From Mobula hypostoma (Eukaryota), in NCBI RefSeq assembly GCF_963921235.1, contig NC_086097.1:125304001-125368000 (forward strand): 64,000 bases of DNA, in the 5' to 3' direction. Position numbers and translations under genes: made by a program. Shown here piece by piece: positions 1 through 12,294 of this stretch. The notes below the pieces were generated by a model, which saw only the letters and a list, made by a program, of their open reading frames with translations, did no database searches and had not been told where the DNA came from. The stretch's first letter is position 1. The number at the start of each line of letters is the position of its first letter.

Positions 1-359
1 AGTTTTGAACACATAGAGAGTAGAGCAGTGGGCTAAACGTGCATCATTGAGGGGTCTGTACCTCAGTATTGTCTTCATGCCAACATAGTAGTGGAGATAC
101 TCTCCGTCACATAGTTCAGCCTCTGAGCAGGAAGTGCTGTGAAGAAAGCACACTGGATATGGGAGCTGGATGCTGGATCATATCTAGTTTGTTTGTTTTC
201 CAGCCAAAACAAATGGTTGGCTTCAGATAAGCTTTATTTGCGTTGCACTGAGTAAACACCAAAGAAAATGTACTCAGGAAGTTGTAGTCCATGGGAATTA
301 GTAAGTAGCTTTGCCTTTTTCCAGGGTTAATGGAACCAGGTTCAGGACCAGCTATTACC

Positions 360-668
360 CTGAAACTTCCTGAACCTGTGTGGATAACCTCACTCCACTT
401 CAGTGATGAATTGATTCCATGACCTATGGACTAACTTTCAAGGATTCGACCCCCATGTTCTCAGTATTATTTATTTATTGTTGTTTATGATGTGCACAAT
501 TTATCTTCCTTTGCACATTGTTTTTGTCAGTCTTTGTCTATGTATTGCTTTTAATAAGTTCTATTGTATTTCTTTATTTTCCTGTAAATGCCTGCAAGAA
601 AATGAATCTCAAGATTACATATAGTAACATATGCATACTTTGATGAATTGACTTTAAATGTTGAACTT
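360..668 (+). mobile_element. Rex1/Babar-type LINE 3' tail fragment
   Basis: Same tail (…cctgtaaatgcctgcaagaaaatgaatctcaag…actttga) recurs on the other strand at 5120, 11657 and 44340, next to Rex1-like coding remnants. Confidence 0.6.
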
Positions 669-1077
669 TTCCTGGCCTAAATTCAGCTGACATACTGTTA
701 TCCAGGGACAGGCTGCTTTGTTTGATCATAGGCTCATTCAACCATGGCTAATTTGGTTCAGGTCACTGCCAGAGGTTTCCATTTTTCTTATTTTAAATTG
801 ATTTTATGGTTACACCTTCCTGACTGTATTTACTCAGTCAGGTATTTTTGTAATTAGTTGACTTCAATTTTTGTTCCGTAGGACTAGCTGTACGATATAT
901 CAGAGACTGGGTGTAGATTAAACTATCTCTTGTTTTCAGAATACAGTTTTATTATGGGATGAGCAGAGCCAATTGGTTTATGCATAAATTGGCACAGTAT
1001 TCAACTTGTAACTCATTGCTTTAATTATTACTGATCGTTTAAAATCCATCACAGTTGGTGATCGGTAGCCGGCATCT

Positions 1078-1668
1078 AGAGTCATGGAACACTACAGCAC
1101 AGAAACAGGCCCTTCAGCCCATCTAGTCCATGCCAAACTATTACTCTGCCTAGTTCCATCAATCTGCACCCATACCATAGCCCTCCATACCCTGTCCCAT
1201 CCATGTAGTTATCCAATCTCCTTTTAAACGTTGATATCAAACCCGCGTCCAGCACTTCTGCTGGCAGTTCATTTTACACTTACACCACCTCAGGTTCCCC
1301 TTAAATATTTCATCTTTCACCCTTAACCTATAAGCTCTAGCTCTTGTTTCGCCCAACCTCAGTGGAAAAAAAATCTGCTTGTATTTACCCTATCTATATC
1401 CCTCATAACTTTGCATCAAATCTATCAAATCTCTCCTTATTCTCTTATGCTCCAGGGTATGAAGTCCTAACCTACTCAATCTTTCCATATAACTCGGGTC
1501 CTCAAGATCCAACAACACCCTTGTAAATTTTTCTCTGTACTCTTTCGATCTTATTGATATCTTCCCTGTAGGTAGGTGACCAGAACTGCACACAATACCC
1601 CAGATTAGGCCTCACCAATGTAACACCCCAACTCTTATGCTCAATGCATTAATTAATGAAGGCCAATC
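1078..1668 (-). mobile_element. CR1-type LINE 3' fragment
   Basis: Minus-strand ORF has the SY.ERL..LGL.TLE..R.R.DLI motif of the CR1 ORF2 C-terminus, followed by a CR1-like tail. Confidence 0.85.
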
Positions 1669-1854
1669 TAGAATTGTTTCTTACAAAAATAAAGTCATAT
1701 TCACTACATATATTAGCTGATCCCTGTGTTACTACAAACGTTTGTAGATATTTTGTGTAAAGCAGATGACAAGTCTTAATGTTTGCAGTTATATGGCCAG
1801 ACACTTAGAGTTTTAAAATGCCAGCAGAGTTAACGCCACTGAGATTATGATGTG

Positions 1855-2085
1855 TGGCCTGTTAACGTAGTGGTTAGCGTATTGCTTTACAGCACCAGTA
1901 ACCTGGGTTCAATTACTGTCATTGTCCGTAAGGAGTTTGTATGTTCTCCCCGTGACCATGTGAGTTTCTTCTGGGTGGTCTGGTTTCCTCCCTTGTTCGT
2001 AGGCGTGCAGGTTAGTAGGTTAATTGGTCATATATGGGCATGTGGGCATCACAGGTTCATTGGGCTAGAAGGACCTGTTATCGTG
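1855..2085 (+). mobile_element. tRNA-derived V-SINE-like element (related copies ~4458-4700 +, 10160-10412 -, 21130-21340 -, 40157-40455 -, 45490-45778 -, 46630-46800 -, 47312-47640 +, 53845-54050 -, 54348-54595 +)
   Basis: B-box-like GGGTTCAATT head followed by the conserved core GTTTGTATGTTCTCCCCGTGACC..GGGTTTCCTCCGGGTGCTCCGGTTTCCTCCCAC seen in all copies. Confidence 0.8.
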
Positions 2086-2087
2086 CA

Positions 2088-2507
2088 TGGACCACTTTAT
2101 CAGGTACATATGCTCATTAATGCAAATATCTAATCAGCCAATCATGTGACAACAGCTCAATGCATAAAAGCATGCAGGCATGGTCAAGAGGTTCAGTTGT
2201 TGTTCAGACCAAACATCAGAATGAGAAAGAAATGTGATCTAAGTGACTTTGACCAGGGAATGATTATTGGCGCCAGACAGGTTGGTTGAAGCATCTCAGA
2301 AAATGGTGTGGAAAAACAAAACAACATCCAGTGAGCGGCAGTTCTGTGGTTCTATGTGTTGTGCATTGTCTTCATTAACAAAGCCTTGTTAGTGAGGAGA
2401 ATGCACGACACATAGAACCTGCAGCTACAGGAGCAGAAGACCATGAACATAGGCTCAATGGCCACTCTTTAGATACAGGATGTAGCTAATAAAGTGGCCA
2501 CTGAGTG
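2088..2507 (+). mobile_element. non-autonomous Tc1/mariner-type element, family A (other copies ~6590-7150 +, 8610-9019 -, 33802-34327 +, 41787-43378 -)
   Basis: Shared TIR CACTCAGTGGCCACTTTATTAGGTACA, TA next to several ends, and a shared internal sequence (…gcaaatatctaatcagccaatcatgtgg…). Confidence 0.8.
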
Positions 2508-2999
2508 TATATCTCTGAAAAGGTTTCCAATTATTCCAGTGTGGTTTTGAAAGACAATATTAAAGGAATATTTAAGACGATAAGTGAGGATAAGCGATAT
2601 GTAAGGAATAAAGTGTGTACTTTTCAGCTAATGTTTCATTCAGCTCTGCATTACCAAGCAGTGATGAAGGGCTGCTGAAATAGACAACAATATAACGTCA
2701 TTTTAGTAGTGAACATCAGAGGTGTAACGTGCATTTCTTGACTTTTCAAGGCAGTGTAGGAAGCTGCCATTGACAGTGACAGTTTAAACAAACTTATCAG
2801 GTCAAAGTAAAACTTTTATCTTGCTTTTGAAAAAAGCACAGGGGTATTCCTGCATTGTCGTTGAATCATTATCCTGTCGCTGTTTGTGAAAGTTTGCAGC
2901 AGCAGCGAGTGGTAAGACTTAAACACGTGGTTAACGGTGAGGGTGGGTATGTCGGAAGAAGTGAAAGTTGCTCTGCAATTAGACAGTTATCTTCAGTTT

Positions 3000-3670
3000 G
3001 CTTGTAGGGTTGTTCGCCGAGCCTAAGGGTTAGGTCGCCAATGTTTCATCACCAGTCGCTGTTGGGTCCTGGAGAGGACAAATGTAATATACCAGCTCCA
3101 ATGTGGAGTCTGCCCCAAACACTAAGTCAGACAGACGGGGAGAAAACTATCCATGAGACGACATGGACATCAGCTTAGCCGTAAGAAGACACAATCCTCT
3201 GACGCTCATCTTGGTACATGAAGGCCAAGAAGGGCACAAGTTCATCTGGGAAACACAAAAATCCTGGCCGAAGAACAAAATTAGAAATTAAGGGATTTCT
3301 TAGAAGCTTGGTTCTCAATGGAAGACTCTGTTAGCAAGCATACTGACATGGGTGCAATTTACAAACCTATGTTTCTGCGGAGTCAGGGCCAAGGAGTGAG
3401 CTGCAGACGCCCGAGGAACCAACGCTCACAATGACTGTTATGGGCCCAATGAAGATCACTCAGCTGGGACCCAGTAGAGACTAGAGGCCAGAGTGACAGC
3501 CAACCAATCGGAACGACAAATCAGACCAATACAAGCGCGGACACTCTGCTGAAATAGCATTCAATTATGTACTGGTGATATCACCTCGACTGGTAATAAA
3601 ATGTTTGCGACCTAACCTCCAGCCTCGGTAAACAATCCTACAAACAAGCAGCCAACCCGAGCTACCGATC
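3000..3670 (+). mobile_element. Penelope-like element fragment (GIY-YIG endonuclease C-terminus with inverted terminal repeat)
   Basis: Frameshifted QTGRKLS.R.H.H…FLEAWFS peptide. About 57 bp inverted repeat, 3002-3058 versus 3587-3643. Confidence 0.7.
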
Positions 3671-3847
3671 TTCTCTTTCATTTCATTTATCACCAGCTTC
3701 TGGAATCCAAAGTATTTTGCTCCTGGAGCATATGAGAAGCTGAACCAGCAGTAGGTCGTTAAACCTCTTGGATCTGTTCGAAATCAGAATCTGACATTCT
3801 GTACGTTGTGAAATTTGTTGTTTACATACTGTATATACACAAGTACA

Positions 3848-4175
3848 CAGGTACTCGGTTAATCAGAGCAGCCGCTTATTTGGGATGTTTCTTAAAGAAC
3901 AAAAACTAATCAAGGAAAGAGCCGGGACTCCCTTTGTTTATTTGGGACATTCTGCCACTTAATTGAGACAGGAGACTTGCCGAACATCTTCCAACTATCA
4001 TCAGTCATGTGTACTTGTGTGGTCGTCAGACACTAAACTGTGTTTAGAGCGAATAGTTTTTAAATTGTGTCAGTAGCATGTGTTTCTCTTCAAAAAGCAG
4101 TGATCTTTGTCACTGTTAGTTGGCAAGAAATAAGCAGTAAGACTGTATTGCTCATTGCGGTTTCTAGCATTTAGG
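3848..4175. mobile_element. possible Tigger/pogo-like DNA transposon fragment
   Basis: Repeated subterminal TTAATT/TATTTGGGAC motifs typical of such ends; only one end is visible. Confidence 0.4.
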
Positions 4176-5119
4176 CTACACTACCATATCTCTCTCATAG
4201 GCTAGGCTTCAATAGAATGCGACTTGCTACTATAATGCCAAGGTATATTAGTCACAGAGGTAGATGCAGCATGTTCAATATTGGGTTTCCAAAATGAGTT
4301 GAGCTCAGGATTTAAGTCAGCACAGCAATGGCAGGCCATAGTTTACAAAGATTAAACATGGACAATATAAATTGTCAATGAACAGTATTAAAATGGCAAG
4401 AGTGAAAACAGGGGCTGCTTGGTGTATTCATGTTGACAATATCCTTCCATTATATAAGGGGCATCACAGTAGCCCTTATTACAGCTGTTACAGTGCCAGC
4501 GACCCAGGTTAAATTCCCGCTACTGTCTATAGGGAGTTTGTATGTTCACCGCGTGGGTTTTCTCAGGTGCTTCGGTTTCCTCCCACCTCCCAAAGACGTA
4601 GGTGTTAGTCGGCCAATTAGTCTCATGGGTGTAATAGGGCAGCACAGGCTTGTTAGGCCGGAAGGGCCTGTTACTCTGCTGTATCTCTAAATAAAAATGA
4701 GAAAGGCACGTTACTGCATAAGAAGGATTTGGCCCTCAGAGATGTTTTTAAAGTAGTAAGTAGCGAGGAGAAAGTTGTTTCAAGAAATTGCTTAAGTGGG
4801 ATACAGTGACAAAGGTTAAAATTACAAATTAGTACAGATTCAAGAATTTCTGAAGCCTATGATCAACGCATACAATGTATTTTTGGATTGAAGTGGGGGG
4901 GAATGATCTACCTCCTGTGATTTTGTAATGCATGATGAATTCTCTCAGTTTCAGTATTGCGGCTCTGTGGGTTTACATGATGTTAAATAAACAGTGCTAC
5001 TGTTGAGATATATGGTCTAATGACGATGCAGAGGGAGTGTAATTAAAAAGTAACAAATCATTGTCTTGAGTTACTCACATAATAAATTGGGGTATTGCCA
5101 GGTAATCTGCAACATTTAG

Positions 5120-5465
5120 AATCAAAGTTCAAAGTAAATTTAATATCAAAGTGCCTATGTCAACCATATACTACCTTGAGATATATATTCTTGCAGACAT
5201 TTACAGGAAAATAAAGAAATACAGTGCAATAGAATTTATGAAAAACTAGTGAGCCTGAAGATTGTAGAGTCAGTTGAGAGAGTGAAGTTATCCTTGCTGG
5301 TTCAGGAGCCTGATGGTTGAGGGGTAATAACTGTCCCTGAACCTGGTGGTGGGAGACGTAAGGCTCCTGCACTTCCTTCCTGATGGCAGCTGTGTGAAAA
5401 GAGCGAGGCCTGGATGATGGGGGTCCTCGATGCTGGATGCTGCTTCTTGTATAAGCGCTCAGTGA
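5120..5465 (-). mobile_element. Rex1/Babar-type LINE 3' fragment (similar fragments 11657-12280 -, 43600-44120 +, 44340-44780 -, 61130-61800 -)
   Basis: KAASII.DPHHP..LF.LLPSGR.Y.SLR..TTRF.NS.YP motif, clearest in ORF 11904-12233. Confidence 0.8.
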
Positions 5466-7399
5466 TGGGGACAGCTTTAATCAAGAATACTTTGTTCTTT
5501 AAAACCTGCTCCCTGCTCCCTGCTCATCAATTTAACTATTCTGCAGTTTATTCTCACCTCCTTAACTTTGTAACTTCTCTTCCTTTCTCTGCTAAGAATG
5601 TTCAATCTTCAATGTGATTAAGCAGTCACACATTGTCCTATGGTAATTTCTCGAATAACATGTGATCAGAGACCAAGATTGCCAGCACGTGAACACACAA
5701 AATGCCAGAGGAATTCAGCAGGTCAGGCGGCATCAATGGAGCGGTGTAAACCTGCTGAGTTCCTCCAGCATTTTGTGTGTGTTACACTGGATGTCCTGCA
5801 TCTGCACAATCTCTTGTGTTTGCCATTCAGCATTTTTTCTCCCCTTTGAATAGATTAGATGCCAGAGTTTGGTATATTTATTTATTCATCCTGAATGGTT
5901 AAATAATTTTGCCTACAGAATCACTTCTAAAATTCCCCTTCCCTCCATGAAAGTAATTATTTTCATCATTCTTTGGAATGTGGCATTGCTAATGAGGAAA
6001 ATATCTATTGTCTGACTCTCAGTTGAGACAGTATTGGTGAGCTTCCCCCTTTCACAAGGGTGATCCCCACTGTACTGTTGGCCCATGGAGTTCCAAGGTT
6101 TAGACCCAACAGTGAAAAGAAATCCACGATATTTATTGAATGCTGTAGAAATGTTCGGCAACTTCAAGCTCCTTGCTGAGTTCCTCCAGCAAGTTGTGTG
6201 TGTTGCTCAAGATTTCCAGCATCTTCAGAATCTCTGCTGTTTATAATAATCAGCACTTCTCTCTTGTTTTGTGTCACTCCGAAAATGCACACTGTATTCC
6301 TGGATGTTGTTTCAGCACCCGGATCAGACGTGATCAGATTATTCCCCATGTAATACTGCTTTAGGGGTTTTGTAGAGTATCATCCCCGGGATCCCAGGGA
6401 ATGGACACTTCTGGAACAGCAATTTTTTTAAAATTAGCTTTAAACACTAGCTTTACTTGTAGCATGTATTTCGAAACATACAGTGAGATGCATCGATTTG
6501 CTTCAAATTAAATAAATGAAAGTAGTGCTGGGCAGCTGAAGAACTGGGAGACCAGTGAGGTGTGTAAAATTACTTACCTACAGTCAGTATTAGGTATTAT
6601 TAGGTACACCTGTACATCTGATTGTTAATGCAAATATCTAATCAGCCAATCATGTGGCAGCAACTCAATACAGACAGACATGCAGACATGGTTGAGAGGT
6701 TTGGTTGTTCTTCAGACCAAACATCAGAATGGGGAAGAAATGTGATCTAAGTGACTTTGACTGTGGAATGATAGTTGGTCCCATATGGAGTGGGTTGAGT
6801 ATCTCAGAAACTGCTGATTTCCTGTGATTTTCATGCACAGCAATCCCTAGAGTTTACAGAGAATGGTGCCAAAAACAACCAAAAAAAAATCTACTGAGTG
6901 CCAGTTCTGTGGGCAAAAGTACCTTGTTAATGAGAGAGGTCAGAGGAGAAGGGCCAGACAGGTTCAAGCTGACAGGAAGGCAACAATAACTCAATAACCA
7001 AGTGTTATTACAGTGGAGTGCAGAAGAGCATCTCTGGATACACAACACATTGAACATTGGGCTACAGTAGCAGAAGACCACAAAAATATACAGTACTCAG
7101 TGACTACTCTATTAGAGACAAAAAGTACCTAATAAAGTGGCCACTGAGTGCAGCTTAAACAGTTTCTAACCTGACCCTACCAACTACCTGTACTCCAGCT
7201 GGGAATGGATTGGAAATGAGGCGTTGTACTGCAGGGAGCAAGATAGAGAAAGGTGTTTTGGCCATACACATCTTGCCTGACTCCCATCCACACAAAGATC
7301 AGCTCTGTTCTGAACCTTTTGGGTCATATCAATGCTTCTGTACCATCATGAAACAAACTTAAGCCAAAAAATAGCCACACAAGTTGACTTTGACGTTCC

Positions 7400-8090
7400 T
7401 ACAGAATGGCTACTAGGTGAAAGAAATCAATCGGGCCCTTAAAAGGCCAGATGGAAAAACCACTGCCTGTCTTCCCTATATTTCCACGGTTTCTGGGAGG
7501 CTTGCCCAGGATCCTGAAGAAACCATCCACAAACCCGTAAGAAAGCTCAAATCCTAGCTTATACAGGTCAAAGATGACCGGGGACTGAAGATGGCTGGCA
7601 TTTACATGATTCTCTGTGGATGTGGAGCAGCGTACATCAGCCAAATGGGGTGCATGGTGGAAACCCGCATCAAGGAGCACAGAAGGTGTATCCATTTGGG
7701 TTACCGGGAGAAATCAATAGTAGCAGAACATTGCAGTCGCAATGGCCATCAGATTGGCTTCAACTGAACAAAACTACCGTGCTGCACCAATGGCTTTTGG
7801 GACTGCCTGTTGAAGGAAGTCGTCGAAATAAGACTGGAGAATAAGAATTTTAACAAAGATGATAGTTTCACTCTAACTAAGAGCTGGAATTCAATTATAA
7901 ACTAGGTGGGACAGTGGAAACTTGATTGGATGACTAACCAATCAGGAGGGACGGACGATGGGCGGATATATACCACTGGACTAGACGTGCCCAGGCATCA
8001 TCCCTGAGGAAGATGGCAGAGTTTGTCATTGACATGTCAGTAAAATTGATATTTGTACCCGGCTGGAAGCCCAAGAAGAGTTCATTCTTC
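7400..8090 (+). mobile_element. Penelope-like element fragment (GIY-YIG region plus terminal repeat with degenerate hammerhead)
   Basis: GIY.I.C.CGAAYI.Q.G…R.KEH.R remnant at 7595-7690 and CCTGAGGA…GACA hammerhead-like core near 8003-8035. Confidence 0.75.
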
Positions 8091-9543
8091 AAATATAAGC
8101 TGTCAGAATGTCAATACATAAACGAGGCTTTGGGTGCAGACTCTCTATGGGGGGGGGGAGGGGTGCCAAAATCATTGAAGACTAAAAGCTGGGGCGAGGG
8201 TTGGAACAAGCAGCTCATTTGGATGGTGGAAAAGAGGATGTCAGCACGATTTACAGAGGACAGGGTAGAAATGGAGTTGTTGCTGTAGGGAGGGTTGGAT
8301 ATGGGTTTGGAATTGATGGGAGGGGAACAGTGAATAGCCAGAATAAGAATCAGAATCAGGTTTAACACCATTAATGTATGTTGTGACAGTTATTGTTCTG
8401 CAGCACAGTGCAATACATAAAAATACTATAAATTACAATAAAGAATGTGTATTAAAAATTAAATTAAATAAGTAGTGCAAAAATAGTGTGGTAGTGTTCA
8501 CGGGTTGGTTCATTGTCTGTTCAGCATCTAATGGTGAAGGTGAAGAAGTTGTTCCTAAAACGCTGAGTGTGTGTCTTAAACTGAGAGTGAGAGGGCCCTA
8601 GAACATATACTCTCAGTGGCCACTTTATTAGATACAAGAGTGGAACCTGGTGTGATCTTCTGCTGCTGTAGCCTAACCACTTCATGGTTCAATGCATTGT
8701 GCCATCAGAAATGCTCTTCTGCACACCACTGTTCTAACATGTGGTTATTTGAGTTACTGTCACATTCCTGTCAACTTGTACCAGTTTAGCCATTCTCCTC
8801 TGACCTCTCTCATTAACTATATTTTTTTTTGCCCACAGGACTGCTGCTCACTGGATGTTTTTTTTCCCCATTCTTTGCATCATCCCCCATTCTGGTGTTT
8901 GATCTGAACCTCTTGACCATGTCTGCATGCTTTTATGCACAGAGTTGCTGCCACATGATTGGCTGATTAGATATTTGCATTAATGAGCAGGTCCACCTGA
9001 TAAAGTGGACACTGAGTGTAGATGATTATATATAAACACAAGCAAGCAAGGATCTTTGTCCAGGATTCCTGCCATCCAAACCACAATTTATTTGACCCCA
9101 CCCCTACCATCAGGCAGGAGGTACTGTAGCATTAGGACAAGGATTGTTAGCGTGGGCGTCTACTGAACTCCCTGCCACCGCCTAGGTCTCATCGCTTACA
9201 AATCCCCAGTAACATTGTACTGTTTACTTTTTAACTTGTGTCATAAATGCACCTTATGCCTATGGTCAATCTTCTGAAATATATTTTATTATTTGTTAAT
9301 TAATTAGTGGTAATATTACTTAATGTGTTGTGTGTGAGTTATATGTACTGTGTTGTGCGCCTTGGTCTGAACTAACATTGTTTCTTTTGGCAGTGCACAT
9401 TTATGTGGTAGAATGACAATAAACTTGAAATTGAAACTTAGGAAAGTTAAATTGCATGAAAATTAGCAATCCTACACTCGAATCCAACACCATTTCCTTG
9501 TACCCAGTCCAGGTGATGACTCTTTATCTATGAGCTGAACTGA

Positions 9544-9720
<177 letters not shown>

Positions 9721-9764
9721 TAATGAATGGAGAATTGGATGCCTATTTCCTAGCAACCACCAAT

Positions 9765-10062
9765 TCTACAAACCAAATTCCTCCTCCTTCAGCCCTTTGC
9801 TTTTTCCACCTATCACCTCCCGGCATCTCACTTCATCCTCCTTCCCACCTACTTACCTGGCTTCACCTGTCACCTGCCAGTTTGTGTTCCTTTCACTCCC
9901 CTCATCTTTTTATTCTGGGTTGGACCTCGTTCCTTTCCAGTATTCATGAAGGGTCTCAAACCGAAATGTCGACTGTTTATTCCTCTCCATAGAAGCTGCC
10001 TGACCCACTGATTTTCTGCGACATTTTGCATACATTACTCTGGGTTTCCAGCATCTGCAAAC
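9765..10062 (+). mobile_element. Penelope-derived short element with minimal hammerhead-like motif (related copies ~5690-5822, 6170-6245, 19455-19600, 19636-19843, 29285-29420, 46205-46570, 46915-47150, 51569-52919, 60990-61130)
   Basis: Shared consensus CAGTCCTGATGAAGGGTCTCGGCCCGAAACGTCGACTG…ATAGATGCTGCCTGACCTGCTGAGTTCCTCCAGCATTTTGTGTG. Confidence 0.7.
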
Positions 10063-10783
10063 TTTGCGGGTTTTTTCCTACAACCCATGTGTGTTACTTG
10101 TCCTTATTGACTCAACCAGTGTCTTCACCTAGAACCAGTAGTTAAATGTAATTAATTTTAAATTTAGAGACACAGCACGGTAACAGGCCCTTCTAGCCCA
10201 ACAAGCCCATGCCGACCAATTACCCCCATGTGACCAATTAACCCACTAACCTGTACATCTTTGGAATGTGGGAGGAAACCAGAGCGCCCAGAGGAAACCC
10301 ACATGGTCACGGAGAGAACATGCAAATTCCTTGCAGACAGCGGCAAGAACTGAACCCCAGTTACTGGCCCTGTGATAGCAGTACACTAACCACCATGCTG
10401 CCATGCCACCCCTAAAAGGCATACAGAAGCAATTAATCTAGCAACAAGACCCCAAATAAGAATACAAAATCCTTTTGAATGGGTATTTCCTTAGGCTGCC
10501 AAAGCTCTGCCTGAGAAGTATTGTGTTAACAGACGAATTGTGCTTCAGCAGCATAATGGGAGCTGTTTGGAGAAACGTGTTGATGCAATTGGATAGGATT
10601 GTACAAGTATTTCGACTTACTTTGTGTATTTTGCCAGTATTAGCACGTTGTGATCCCTTTAGAATGTAACTGTAAGCTATCATTGGATCAGTCAACTGTA
10701 ACATGTTCATTTATAAATGGGAAGGCTGTCTTAAACAGATAAAAGTTGAAGGGGAGGCTTGGGAAGGGACTTCCTTATCCTTA

Positions 10784-11405
10784 AGGCCAATTTATCCTTC
10801 TGCGTCGAATCTACGCCGTAGGTACAACGTAGCCGCGTGCCCTACGCCGTAGCCTGACTCGCACCTCCCCAGAAATGTAACTACGCGTTGCAACGACACA
10901 GACTGCAACAACTGTGATTGGTCCGCTTGGTAGCATCGCATTTCCTCCTATGCATTTCCGGTTGCTTCTTCTCGTCAAATCGTCAAATCTACCTGCCGAC
11001 ATCCGAAAATATTTGAAATGCATTTCCTCGCCCATGTCTCTCAGTGGCCGGACAAGCACAGAAAATTCACCCTCCTCCTGCCTCAATCCGTTCAGTGGTC
11101 GTACACACCATCTCCTCCAGCACCTTCTTTCTTTTCTGCATTGCAGTAATTTCAATAAATGTAATTCTTGTTCAACATTTATTAGCTCCAACACCAACAT
11201 GATGCGCTCAGTTTCAGTTGTCATTGTTTGAAGTACACAAGGAAACTCGACACAGTGGCATAGAAACCCCACCACCAACTAGTGTTCTGGCGGTGAATTG
11301 CAGAGTGACGCAGACACACCAATGCACAAGTATAAGTGCTCACAACGGCGTGGGCCACTTGCATAGGCTACGGTGTAGAGCCTACACAGAACTATAAATC
11401 AGCCT
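10784..11405 (-). mobile_element. PIF/Harbinger internally deleted DNA transposon
   Basis: Imperfect ~22 bp TIRs (AGGCCAATTTATCCTTCTGCGT / AGGCTGATTTATAGTTCTGTGT), TTA/TCA flanks. ORF has W.RP.N..R…GEF..LV..LR…F..YFRMS…FD.L, typical of the Harbinger transposase N-terminus. Confidence 0.85.
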
Positions 11406-12294
11406 TCATCCCTCTTTCAGTTTTAATTTTTGACAAAAGACAGTTAGGATGTATTGGGAATATGAATCCATTAAGAAAATTAGAAGACTATGTATTGGAG
11501 AGAAAATAGTCACAATCTGGGGTGTTGGCATTGCAAACAGACAATATGTCTGCTGCTGCTGCTGCCAGAAATAGTTTTAAATGACATACTATGCTTTGGT
11601 CAGAATAGGCAATATTTTGTTTAGAGCTGACACATAACATTTTAATGCTTGGGATTCAAAGTTCAAAGTAAATCTTATTATCAAAGTAGAGATATATCAT
11701 CATATACAGCCCTGAGGTTCATATTTCTGTGGACATACTCAGCAAACCTATAGAAATAGTAACTAAAACAAGATCAATGAAAGATCAACCAGAGTGCAGA
11801 AAACAACAGACTGATAAATATAAATGAATAGCAATAAATAATGAGAACATGAGAAAATAAGATAAAGAGTCCTTAAAGTGAGATCATTGGTCGTAGGAAC
11901 GTTTTAATGATGGGGTAAGTGAGTACAGTTATCCCCTTTAATCAACGGACTGATGGTTGAGGGGTAGGAGCTGTTCTTGAACCTGGTGGTGTGAGTTCTG
12001 AGGCTCTTGTACTTTCTACCTGATGGCAACAGTGAAAAGAGAGCATGGCCTGGGTGGTGGGGATCTCTGATGATGGATGCTGCTTTCTTATGACAGTGTT
12101 TCATGTAGATGTGCTCAGTGGTTGGGAGGGCTTTACCTGTGATGTACTGGGATGAATCCACTACCTTTTGTAGGATTTTCTGTTCAAAGGCATTGGTGTT
12201 TCCATACCAGTCAATACGCTCGCCACTACACATCTATAGAAGTTTGTCAAAGTTTTAGACACTGACTCCTAAGGAAGTTTTTGTAGATAATTAG

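Noticed and set aside
1855..1930. tRNA gene-like heads at SINE 5' ends
   Set aside because: They are degenerate, do not form a full cloverleaf, and are fused to the SINE core.
8148..8163. G-runs (also ~54557-54573) as functional G-quadruplexes
   Set aside because: They are simple homopolymer expansions with no supporting context.
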